DNA from: Eledone cirrhosa | Taxonomy: Eukaryota | NCBI GenBank assembly: GCA_964016885.1 | Contig: OZ024740.1 | Location: forward strand, 159,464,001 to 159,528,000 | Length of the DNA stretch: 64,000 nucleotides | Direction: 5' to 3' | Part shown: positions 45,700-57,167 of the stretch, piece after piece | How positions within the stretch are numbered: position 1 is the stretch's first letter | Layout: each line of letters begins with the position of its first letter | Notes under the pieces: generated by a model | Seen by the model: only the letters and a program-made list of their open reading frames with translations | Told to the model about the DNA's origin: nothing | The model's database searches: none | Translations under genes and position numbers: made by a program

Positions 45700-45837
45700 A
45701 TATAATACATACATATACATATATACATGTATACATATATATATATATATATATATACATGCATACGTATATATATATATATATACATGCATACATATAT
45801 ATATATATACATGCATACATATATATATATATACATG

Positions 45838-45912
<75 letters not shown>

Positions 45913-45975
45913 GCATACATATACATATATGCATGCATATATATATATATACATGCATACATATACATATATGCA

Positions 45976-46016
<41 letters not shown>

Positions 46017-46091
46017 GCATACATATACATATATGCATGCATATATATATATATATATATATATATACATGCATACATATACATATATGCA

Positions 46092-46126
<35 letters not shown>

Positions 46127-46194
46127 CATACATATACATATATGCATGCATACATATACATATATGCATGCATATATATATATATATATATATA
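45700..46194. repeat. CATGCATACATATACATATATGCATGC-(AT)n minisatellite, left part
   Basis: The same unit and orientation resume at 50312-51377 on the other side of the PLE. Confidence 0.9.
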
Positions 46195-49100
46195 TAAATC
46201 AGGAAAGAAGGTTTACATGGTTTGCTATACAAAAAAGTTTTTAATCACATAGCTTACATTTGTTTCACTGAACTGGTATGTCTAGAGATCGCTATTCGCT
46301 TAATTTTGCGTTACTCGATCGCCAATACAGAATTATAACCAGTCAGATCTTCGGAGTATGCGAGAATGAAGAAAATACACAGGCAAGAAAAGAAAAGAAA
46401 ATACAGGCTACTATATGAAGTAGTAATGGCATTCAATAAGAACAATTACAACAATGCTATCAATAAATTATTTAAGGAGACCCTGACATTACTTAGGTGG
46501 GGGGTATATAATGTATCTAATGTTACGGCGTGTAAAACTGGCTGTCATAAGTCAAAATGAAGCGTTGGCATGTACAAATTAAAAACTTTTTTGTATAGCA
46601 AACCATGTAAACCTTCTTTCCTGATTTATTATTACTCCAAGTGTTTACAACATAGGAATTACGGCATACCCGCAGCATCACTATGAAAACGCCTTGTTGA
46701 GTCAAACCAAGCCAAGCGTTAATATCATCCACTACCTGGAATACCATAACTGGACTTCACCTAAGTGGACTGCATTTAACTATTATTTGTTAATCCGTAT
46801 ATTTAGCTCCCACCTGGTCGAGCAAGACCATTAACGCACGGCAACAACATGGAGAAGCACTGTATAGGTATGTCACTAAAAAACATACCTGTACCTACAA
46901 AAAAGGACTATACACTGGGCATGATACGACGAACTAATGATTTCATCCGCAGGGTCCGATGGAAAGCTTACCATTTCGATAAGGGACCGAATACCAACGG
47001 AAGGGAATTTTCCAAGGAGAATTACGGGTTTAAATCCTGCAAAAACCCGCCAAACAACCCCGCACTCGATGCCTTCGAGCTGGACCTTATGAACATGATA
47101 AGTGAAACTAAATTTAAAAAAAGAACAAATCACAACAAATTGCAAAATGACTTAAATACATTACTTAAAAAACTAAAAGAGGCTAACGGTATCATAGTAA
47201 AAGCAGACAAAACATCAAACGTATACTCTATGGACATTAACACATACAATAACTTTATTCAGCGTGAACTACATAAAAAAAATAAAAAAAACAAAAGAAT
47301 CTACACTCACCAGCATTAACATGGAGGGCCTCAAGATAGTTGATAAACTCGGAATTTCAGATAGGACCGAACCGCTAACCCCGTGCAACCCTACATTTAA
47401 CCTGAAGGATCACAAAAATAACTTTGAAACTAATCCCACCATTAGATTAATGTGCCCATCCAAGTCAGACATAGGTAAAATTAGCAAGAACATTCTAGAT
47501 AGGGTAATCGCACAAATAAAGGGTAAACTAGAAATCAATTTATGGGGCAACACTAACGAGGCAATTAAATGGTTCAATAAAATACAAAATAGGGAGACGT
47601 GTAACTTCATACAATTTGATATAGACGACTATTATGCATCCATATCCCCAGCTACCCTAGATAAGGCGCTTATATTTGCCCAAAATAACTCTGATCTTAC
47701 CCATGATGAAATTAAAATAATAATAGCGGCTAGAAGGAGTATCATAAAATTTGAAAATAACTACTGGGTAAGAAAGGATAGAATAAATAGCTTCGATATA
47801 ACAATGGGATCAAATGATTCTGCGCAAATCACAGATATCGTGGGGCTATTCATAGCACACAACCTACATAAGGAATTCAGTAACCTCCAAGGAGGAATTT
47901 ATAGGGACGACACGTTACTTATAGCTAGGAACCTAAACAACCAGAGCATGGAAAGACTAAGGAAAAATATTAGAATATTCTTCAAAAAACTAGGCCTAAG
48001 TATTACCTACGAACTAAACCATAAGAAGGTAAATTTTCTAGATGTAACTCTAAATCTAAATACTGGATTAATAGAACCTTTCCACAAAAATAATGAAAAT
48101 CTTGCCTACATTAGTTACAACTCAAATCACCCCAAATCCATAATTAAATCCATAGCACGTAGTATATCCCTCCGAATATCCCGCTTATCCTCAAACCTAG
48201 AAATCTTTAACGAGCATGCTGACTATTATAATGCAGCATTAAGTAGGGCCGGTCATAAAGATAAACTACAGTATATAGTGAATAAGGACAACATAAACAA
48301 TCCTAGTAATTACTACTCCAACCGCTCACATAATAATAGGAATAGCTTGACTAGACATAGGGTTAGACATGTAACACCTGGAGTAAACGGCCAAAACACT
48401 AATAACGTAAACCCAAGAAACAATAGAAGAAACAGACAAAGAAAATACCTATGGTTCAACCCAATATTCAACTCCTCTATAAAAACTAGACTGCCCTCTA
48501 CATTCTTTAAACTAATAGATAAACACTCCCCTATCTCGCATAGATATCACAAAATACTCAATAGATCTACTATAAAACTATCATTCTCAACAGCAGCTAA
48601 CATAGAATCACACATACGCAAGATCAACCACAGAAATATTTCTAGTAAATCAATTGCACCTATACATAAGCACAAACTCATCACAACATCACAACCACAA
48701 GCGCATACAAATGCGCAGCAGCAAAACCCCATTGGGCATATATCACAACCCACTTATAACAGAGTACTAAACAGGAATGTAAAAGCTGCACAAAATAGCG
48801 CCTCAAACTGTAACTGTCACCTCCCAGATAGGTGCCCATTGGCGAACAGATGTCTCGATTCGAGCCTGGTGTACATGTTCACTGTCATCTCGGGTAACTC
48901 CACCTGGAATTACATAGGATCCACCGCGGGTCCTTTTAAGAAAAGATGGTATGTGCACAGGCACTCAATGAAAAACCGTGCACTTATGGGTTCAACTACC
49001 CTCGCCAAAAAAATATGGGAATTGAAGGACAGCAACACTAACTACAGTATCAACTGGTCGAAGTTGTCGGCTGCTAAAACCTATAGTACAGGGATGTCCC

Positions 49101-50307
49101 ATTGCGGGCTATCTGATCTTGAGTCATTGTATATCCTTAGAAATGTTAAAAGGCTACTTAACAATAAGTTAGAAAGATCTATCTTCTGCAGACATAGAAT
49201 AGCCACTAAATTCATAAGATTCAAACCTCCGTGAATCGAACCAACATAACATAGCTTTAAATTAGGATACCTACTACCCACAGAAATATATTCATTAAGT
49301 ATAATATATCCTTCACAAGTCTATACCACACAATTGTCTGTAAGTACCTCATCTACCAACAATCTTACTCCTCAGCTGCTGCCATCATTTGATCCTAAAT
49401 CCTAGTTTTTCTCATTTCACTACTACAATGTTACTTTACCTTCTTTCTGCCATAATTACAATTAGCACGCTTTTCTCTTTGCATGTATGTATATTTTTGT
49501 ACGAGTGTATATTGATGTGTATGTAAGTGCCTATGTACACATGCATGTGTATATATGTGTATATATATATATGTGTGTGTGTGTATGTGTGTGTGCGTAA
49601 ATATATGCGTATATTAATTCGTTAACCTCTGTATTAACTCAACAACTATTTAGCTTTAACAGTGGTCCCACTCATGTATACTGTTGAGGATGAAGAGAAA
49701 GACTGTAAAAACTAACTTATCTTTATAATTTAAAATTGATATACACTACGATACTTTGTACATGCCAACGCTTCATTTTGCCTTATGACAGCTAGTTTTA
49801 CACGCCATAACATTAGATACATTATATACCCCCCACCTAAGTAATGTCAGGGTCTCCTTAAATAATTTATTGATAGCATTGTTGTAATTGTTCTTATTGA
49901 ATGCCATTACTACTTCATATAGTAACCTGTATTTTCTTTTCTTTTCTTGCCTGTGTATTTTCTTCATTCTCGCATGCTCCGAAGATCTGACTGGTTATAA
50001 TTCTGTATTGGCGATCGAGTAACGCAAAATTAAGCGAATAGCGATCACTAGACATACCAGTTCAGTGAAACAAATGTAAGCTATGTGATTAAAAACTTTT
50101 TTGTATAGCAAACCATGTAAACCTTCTTTCCTGATTTATTATTACTCCAAGTGTTTACAACATAGGAATTACGGCATACCCTCAGCATCACTATGAAAAC
50201 GCCTTGTTGAGTCAAACCAAGCCAAGCGTTAATATCATCCACTACCTGGAATACCATAACTGGACTTCACCTAAGTGGACTGCATTTAACTATTATTTGT
50301 TAATCCG

Positions 50308-50311
<4 letters not shown>
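46195..50311 (+). mobile_element. PLE family B, apparently full-length: inverted pLTR arm + 224-bp direct repeat + ORF + 3' pLTR
   Basis: 46195-46578 is the reverse complement of 49755-50138. 46578-46801 matches 50088-50311. TA flanks. Confidence 0.95.
46849..49234 (+). CDS. PLE reverse transcriptase-GIY-YIG endonuclease (~794 aa if one frameshift in the A-run at 47275-47291 is corrected)
   Basis: SLKNIPVP, RRVRWKA, VKADKTSN | LKDHK..IRLMCPSKS, QFDIDDYYASI, ITMGSNDSAQ, IYRDD, NFLDVTL, SNHP and CNC..CPL..CLDSSLVY..YIGST..FKKRWYVH. Confidence 0.92.
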
Positions 50312-50365
<54 letters not shown>

Positions 50366-50393
50366 TATACATGCATACATATACGTATATGCA

Positions 50394-50468
<75 letters not shown>

Positions 50469-50489
50469 GCATATATATACATATATGCA

Positions 50490-50552
<63 letters not shown>

Positions 50553-50663
50553 GCATACATATACATATATGCATGCATATATATATATATATACATGCAT
50601 ACATATACATATATGCATGCATATATATATATATATATACATGCATACATATACATATATGCA

Positions 50664-50721
<58 letters not shown>

Positions 50722-50767
50722 CATGCATTCATATACATATATGCATGCATACATATACATATATGCA

Positions 50768-50842
<75 letters not shown>

Positions 50843-50863
50843 GCATACATATACATATATGCA

Positions 50864-50910
<47 letters not shown>

Positions 50911-50952
50911 CATACATATACATATATGCATGCATACATATACATATGTGCA

Positions 50953-50997
<45 letters not shown>

Positions 50998-51205
50998 GTG
51001 CATATATATACATATATGCATGCATATATATATATATATATATACATGCATATATATACATATATGCATGCATACATATACATATATACATGCATATATA
51101 TATATATATATATATATATACATGCATACATATACATATATGCATGCATATATATATATATATATACACCATACATATATGCATGCATACATATACATAT
51201 ATGCA

Positions 51206-51241
<36 letters not shown>

Positions 51242-51265
51242 CATGCATACATATACGTATATGCA

Positions 51266-51340
<75 letters not shown>

Positions 51341-51377
51341 GCATATATATACATATATGCATGCATATATATATATG
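50312..51377. repeat. CATGCATACATATACATATATGCATGC-(AT)n minisatellite, right part
   Basis: Direct reading of the sequence. Confidence 0.92.
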
Positions 51378-51814
51378 TAGATAAATCTACCAAGAGTTTA
51401 CGGTAGTGTCCAATCCGTATGAAGAACTCAATGTAATCCGGATATCATGGAAAGAAGAGATGCAATGAAAAATCACTTTCGGTGAAAGATAAACGGAATA
51501 CAGAGTCAAGATAAAATATTAAAAAAATAATGAATAAAACAATGAAACAGTTCCTTATATTAAACAAAAAAAGTTCATTATTTAACGATCGTTTCTGGGA
51601 TATATATGTGTTAGAATTGGCATGTATATTTAACAGATCTATGTATAAAATTATACAAAATTATACAAACTATCAAAATTAAATATACATACCAACCCAT
51701 GTGTGTGTCTCTATATGTATGCGCGTGTGTGTATGTGTATGTGTATATATATGGTGTGTGTATGTATATGTATGTGTATGTATGTGTTTATGTATATGTG
51801 TATGTATATGTATG

Positions 51815-51851
<37 letters not shown>

Positions 51852-52669
51852 ATGTATGTATATATATATTTGCAAGCAGGGAAAAGTGGACGTACAATGA
51901 AATGATGATGAATGATGATATATATATTGAATGAAATGCATGTACGTGCATGTATTCTACTCATCTCTTCTTTTTGGGTTGTGTTGAATTTCTATGTTTA
52001 GTTGTTTGTGATGAAGACAGTTGTACATACAAATGTTGTTTACCAAATTTTGGACGCTTTTGTAAATTTCATTTGGGAATAGATTCAGAAATATTTATTT
52101 ATTTATTTATTCAATTATATTTTTGTTGCAAGTTATAAGCCTTTGCCCTGATAATATAAGAAAATATATATTCTCATAGGAATGACAGTTCTAATTGCAA
52201 ATGATATTAACTTTATCAAATAAAACAAAAATGCTGATAGCAACTATGGTTTACAAGGAGTCTCTATATGACACTTAACTTGCTATAAATGGAAACTGAA
52301 TCTGCCTTAAATCATGCAGTATCATTTTGGAAAAATAGATGTTGGAAATATAATTGGAGAAGTTTATTGGCTAGAATGCATTTGAGGATTGAACTGGGAT
52401 TAAACAGAAACAAAAACAATTAACTCTTTGTCACTATAGGTTTTATAGAAAGACACTGGCTATGATTTTCAAATAATAATTTTTGATAATCATTACTAAG
52501 ATGGTATTTGGAAGATAAGAGGTTCTTACATGAAATTATAATTGTTTCTACTTTAGGCACAAGGCCAGCTTATTTTATCGATGGAACGATTTTAGATAAG
52601 TAGGTTTCAGGCTCCTGGAATTCTGTGATCTATCTATCTGTAACATATATTTCAAAACATGAGAAAATC

Positions 52670-53062
52670 ACATGATTACCTATAGATCAGGGGAGCATAC
52701 CAGCCAGATTGATTTTATCCTTACCAGAAGATGTGATGGTTGTAAATACGAAGCTCCTCCTTGGGGAAGAATACACCTCCCAACATAAACTAGTAGTTAG
52801 CAATCTTATAATTAGGGCTAGACAAACTCGATGACAGAGGACAACAAGGAGGAGAAGAATGTGGAATTAAAGAACCCCACAACTAGTAATCGCTTGTTAG
52901 CTGAGAAGGTGGATGTTAAATTATGATGATGATGTTCATCATCATCACCGTTTTACGTCCGTTCTTCCACGCTAGCATAGGTTAGACGGGTTGTCCTGTT
53001 GTGAGCAGTGTCCAGTTGGCTGACCTTGTCTTGCTCATACAGGAACTGATTCTGGCTTGATT
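52670..53062. mobile_element. RTE fragments: APE endonuclease C-terminal remnant (+) and 3'UTR fragment (-, 52938-53062)
   Basis: SQIDFILTR..NTKLLLGEEYTSQHKLVV. (CAT)n-CACCGTTTTACGTCCG matches the RTE 3' end. Confidence 0.6.
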
Positions 53063-54159
53063 ATGTATGTATTTCAGTTTTGGAATATTTAGGCCATATC
53101 TGTGCATGATATAAGAAGTGACTAAAATGTTTGGCTATAGAAAGAGTATCTAACTATAAAACACTGCCTGACTAAACATGTCGAAACAATGCCAGTATGG
53201 AAGAGTAGCATAAAACAATAATTGTTTCTACTTTTAGCACGATGCCAGCAATTATCCCAGTGCATTACTGGTACTTTATTTTATCGACCCCGTAAGGATG
53301 AAAGGCAAAGTTAACAATAATGATAATTAATGTACTCTGAATTAATGTCATTGTCTTTTTAAGTCAGCAGGGTATGATTTGAGTGAAAGTTGACTACTAT
53401 TTCTAGCAGATCTGTTTAGCACTTAGAGGCATCATCATCATTTAACATCCCCTTTCCATACAAGGACAAATTTATGAGTGTTGTGTATAGTCAATTATAT
53501 CAACTCCATTACTTGTTCGGTATTTCATATAATTGATACTATCTTGTAGCTGTGGGAAAATGCCTTTTTTAAATCCATCATCAGTGATATTTACTCACTC
53601 AGTAATGAGAGAAGTATAAGCTATAGCTTATATACTTTTTGCATATAAAACCACTTCTGGAGAAGTTCAGTTACATAAAGTGCATGCTTGACTGAGCTGG
53701 GATTAATTAGCAGTAGAACTAACATAACAGATTCATATACACCTCTATTGTTAATCATGCAATGTTAGTGCTACTGCTAATATACCATGAGTATATTATT
53801 TCTTAAACTGAATAGATTCATTATAGAAAATTAATAGAATTTTCTTCATTGTAAAAAAGCAAATAATTTCTTTCTTCTATATATGTCATCTGAAATGGCT
53901 ATTTCCAAATACATATCATGGGTTACATTGCACCTTTGGTTATCTTTGATTAAGTTTGTGATAGCATTGATTATGACAAAAAGCTTTTAGTAAAAAATAG
54001 CTATTAAAGTTAAGAGGGCTATGAAAGTCATGTGTTATTGAAAAAATACAAATGAATGTGAGATGAAATATTTAGAGCACAGCAGCAAAGATGTAAATGC
54101 AGAAAATATTAAAAGATGTTGAAGTATTTCTCTATTAGAAACATAATCAATTCTGCCTC

Positions 54160-54970
54160 CATGCTATGGACTGGGATCTATACCTCAATGTCGATAAGTG
54201 TTGCCATATGGCAGTGGATACACCTTATAACTCAGCTCTTACCTTCAACGGTGGCACCGCTCCTTTGAAGGAGGTTGAGGAGACTAAAGATCTTGGTCTG
54301 CTGGTCGACTTGTCCCTCAAACCATCAAAACATTGCATTCAAGCCGCAAACAAGGCAAGGAGCTCTCTTTTTCTTATTCAATGCTCCTTTGCCAAACTGA
54401 CTCCAGAAATTTTCAGGCCTCTCTATGTCGCCCTCATGAGACCACACCTAGAATATGGCATCCAAGCATCAAACCCATATCTCATCCGGGATATCTATAA
54501 CTTGGAGAGGGTTCAATGACTAGCGACTCGAATGGTATAGGGCCTTCATGAGCTGCCCTATGAAAGCCGGCTGCAGAAGCTGAACCTCTTCTTTTTGGAG
54601 CATCGAACGGCTACGGAGCGATCTCATTTTGGCTTACAATCTCTTCAATGGCCATTACGATCTCCCTCAAGATCTCCTATTCACTCCGGCACTTGAAAGG
54701 AGTCTACGTGGACATGACAAAAAGCTGTTTTACCGCCGCTTTCGCCTAATTAGACAGAAAGCTGCTTTCTCAATCTGCATCTCTGGACCCTATAATCGGC
54801 TTCAGAAGAAGTAGTCAACGTGTCAACCACGCAACAATTCAAGGTAAAATTGGACCAGTGTTGGAATATTGTGTTTCCGACTGTGTAAATTTTGCCCCTC
54901 TTCCCTTCTTACATGGTATCTGAAGCATCTGTTTTATTTTCTGTCAAATATATGGGAATTGAATTGAATA
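54160..54970 (+). mobile_element. CR1-group LINE 3' fragment
   Basis: LNVDKC..KDLGLLVDLSLKPSKHC..LYVALMRPHLEYG..LERVQ and LRGHDKKL. Ends in (GAATT)n. Confidence 0.88.
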
Positions 54971-55195
54971 TGCAGTATGCCAATATGAGAAATTCTTAAT
55001 TTAACAAAAGTATATATATTGTTAAGTATCGAAATGTCATACTTCATTGAAATAACCAATATATGCATGATGAAGGACTTCGATACTTAATGCTTAAATT
55101 ATCAATATGCATTTAAAAAACGATATTTATTGCTCTTTTTCAACTTATTTAATATTAAGGAGTAATGTTTCATATATATATATATATATATATAT

Positions 55196-55518
55196 CATCA
55201 TCATCATCATTTTACGTCCACTTTTCCCTGCTTGCATGGGTGGGACGGGAACTGATTCTGACTTGATTTCTACAGCTGGATGCCCTTCCTAACACCAACC
55301 TCATTTACAGTGAGTGGTGGGTGATTTTTTGCCATGGAGCCTACACGTCCACTTTACAGTGGAATGATAGGGACCTCAGTTCCTATCATCTCATTTCTAC
55401 AGCTGAGTAAACTGGAGCAATGTGAAATAAAGTGTCTTGCTCAAGGAAACAACACATCATCCGGTCTGAGAATTGAACTCACAACCTTTCGATTGCAGGG
55501 CCAATGCTCTAACCACTA
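55196..55518 (-). mobile_element. tRNA-derived SINE with RTE-derived tail and (GAT)n end
   Basis: Head TAGTGGTTAGAGC..GAGTTCAATTC, CORE-like TCCTTGAGCAAGACACTTTA and an RTE-type tail. Confidence 0.87.
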
Positions 55519-55538
55519 TATATATATATATATATATA

Positions 55539-56107
55539 TATTGTTATACTTTGGGAGGGTCATGTTGCCAATAAGAAACACACGCACCAGTTGCTTTCAC
55601 TTCAATTTATTATAATAAATTTATAATAAATTTATAAATTTCTGATTGGTTGGTTGGTTCCACAACCAGATAGTTGTTTATATATTGTCATAGTTCTTTC
55701 GTCACACACTCTGTGACCTCTTCAGTGACTGGGGATTCCTTTCGTTGTTTCTGTGCCTCTCCTTTGTTCTGTCCACACACAGAAACAAAATGGCGTAGGA
55801 CAGAACAAAGGAGAGGCACAGAAACAAAGAAAGGAATCCCCAGTCACTGAAGAGGTCACAGAGTGTGTGACGAAAGAACTATGACAATATATAAACAACT
55901 ATCTGGTTGTGGAACCAACCAACCAACCAGAAATTTATAAATTTATAAATTTATTATAAATTTATTATAAATTTATTATAATAAATTGAAGTGAAAGCAA
56001 CTGGTGCGTGTGTTTCTTATTGGCAACATGACCCTCCCAAAGTATAACAATATCGGTTTCAACACACGATTTCAGATAAAGAATCTTGCTAAACAAATTC
56101 AGAAACG

Positions 56108-56112
<5 letters not shown>
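55539..56112. mobile_element. PLE family A non-coding two-armed insertion with one hammerhead per arm (55687-55729 minus; 55842-55885 plus)
   Basis: Arms join at ~55774. Both read gtca-CTGAAGA-ggtcacagagtgtgtgac-GAAA-gaac-TA-tgac. The right arm has the 60-nt tail. Confidence 0.92.
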
Positions 56113-56137
<25 letters not shown>

Positions 56138-56138
<1 letters not shown>

Positions 56139-57018
56139 ACTGGCTTTCCACAAAATACATATAGTTAGCACCCCAAACACTAAATTGGGATTATACTAAC
56201 GTATATCCTAATGTTTGTTGAGTGAGATGGTTACCAGTCGGAGTTTAGCTTAAAGCTTTCTCTGTTATTGTATTAAATATTTTACTCTTGATTTGGCCAG
56301 AGATTTATATTTCCAGATGCCTTTTAAACGTAACTTTCTGTATTTATTACTGTTATGAGATATTGTTTGTTATTTAGGTATCACTTCTCTGTTTTTAGCC
56401 TAAGAAAATATCTATATGCGTGTGTAATTAATACATGCATACATTTATTTTAAAAAAATTAATTGAGTTCTTAACACGCAGGATTGATAATGTTTTTGAA
56501 AAAACTAATTAACCCACGTGTATATTATTTTACTTTTCTTGTGACTCGCGATTGTCTCCCTTTTCCGCTTCGTGGCGCTATGATATTTCCTCAGTCTAAA
56601 GACTGCTGGAATTTCAAATTTGGCGGTCATTCGATGCGTGAAGGGATGACTTGGCGGACACGAAAAATAACTGCGGTAAGAAATGTTTTCTTATATCAAA
56701 GTTTAATGGGCATCCACTGATGATTTATAAGTGCCCACCTACATATATTCTTACAGGAAAATATGTTAGGCTTCTACATAGACTGGAAATATTCTCCCAA
56801 CTTGTAGAAAACTTATAATGAAACAATTGTTTGGAAAGAGAGATATATTTTAATTTTAATTATATCTCATATAAAATAATACAACTGGCTTTCCACAAAA
56901 TACATATAGTTAGCACCCCAAACACTAAATTGGGATTATACTAACGTATATCCTAATGTTTGTTGAGTGAGATGGTTACCAGACGGAGTTTAGCTTAAAG
57001 CTTTCTCTGTTATTGTAT

Positions 57019-57022
<4 letters not shown>
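56138..57022 (+). mobile_element. ORF-less hammerhead-bearing element with ~140-bp terminal direct repeats (retrozyme-like / non-autonomous PLE)
   Basis: 56138-56278 matches 56884-57024 with one visible mismatch. TA flanks. Internal HHR. Confidence 0.78.
56713..56835 (+). ncRNA. Type I hammerhead with large branched insert in stem II
   Basis: tcca-CTGATGA-t-ttataagt..78 nt..acttataa-t-GAAA-caattg-TT-tgga. Confidence 0.8.
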
Positions 57023-57074
<52 letters not shown>

Positions 57075-57167
57075 TGTGTGTGCATATGTATATGCAAATG
57101 TGTATATATGGAGATACATATATAATTACATATATATACACAATTTTTGAATGTATGCATATATATA

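Noticed and set aside
47275-47291. Programmed ribosomal frameshift between the two PLE ORFs
   Set aside because: PLEs normally have one ORF. A homopolymer indel (mutation or sequencing error) is simpler.
49675-49746. tgtata-CTGTTGA ... tataca as a hammerhead for PLE family B
   Set aside because: The core deviates (CUGUUGA), and there is no properly placed GAAA/UH or convincing stem II.
46366-49967. The same 64-aa ORF at 46366-46560 (+) and 49773-49967 (-)
   Set aside because: It is duplicated only because it lies in the inverted pLTR arms. It is antisense to the element and has no recognisable domain.
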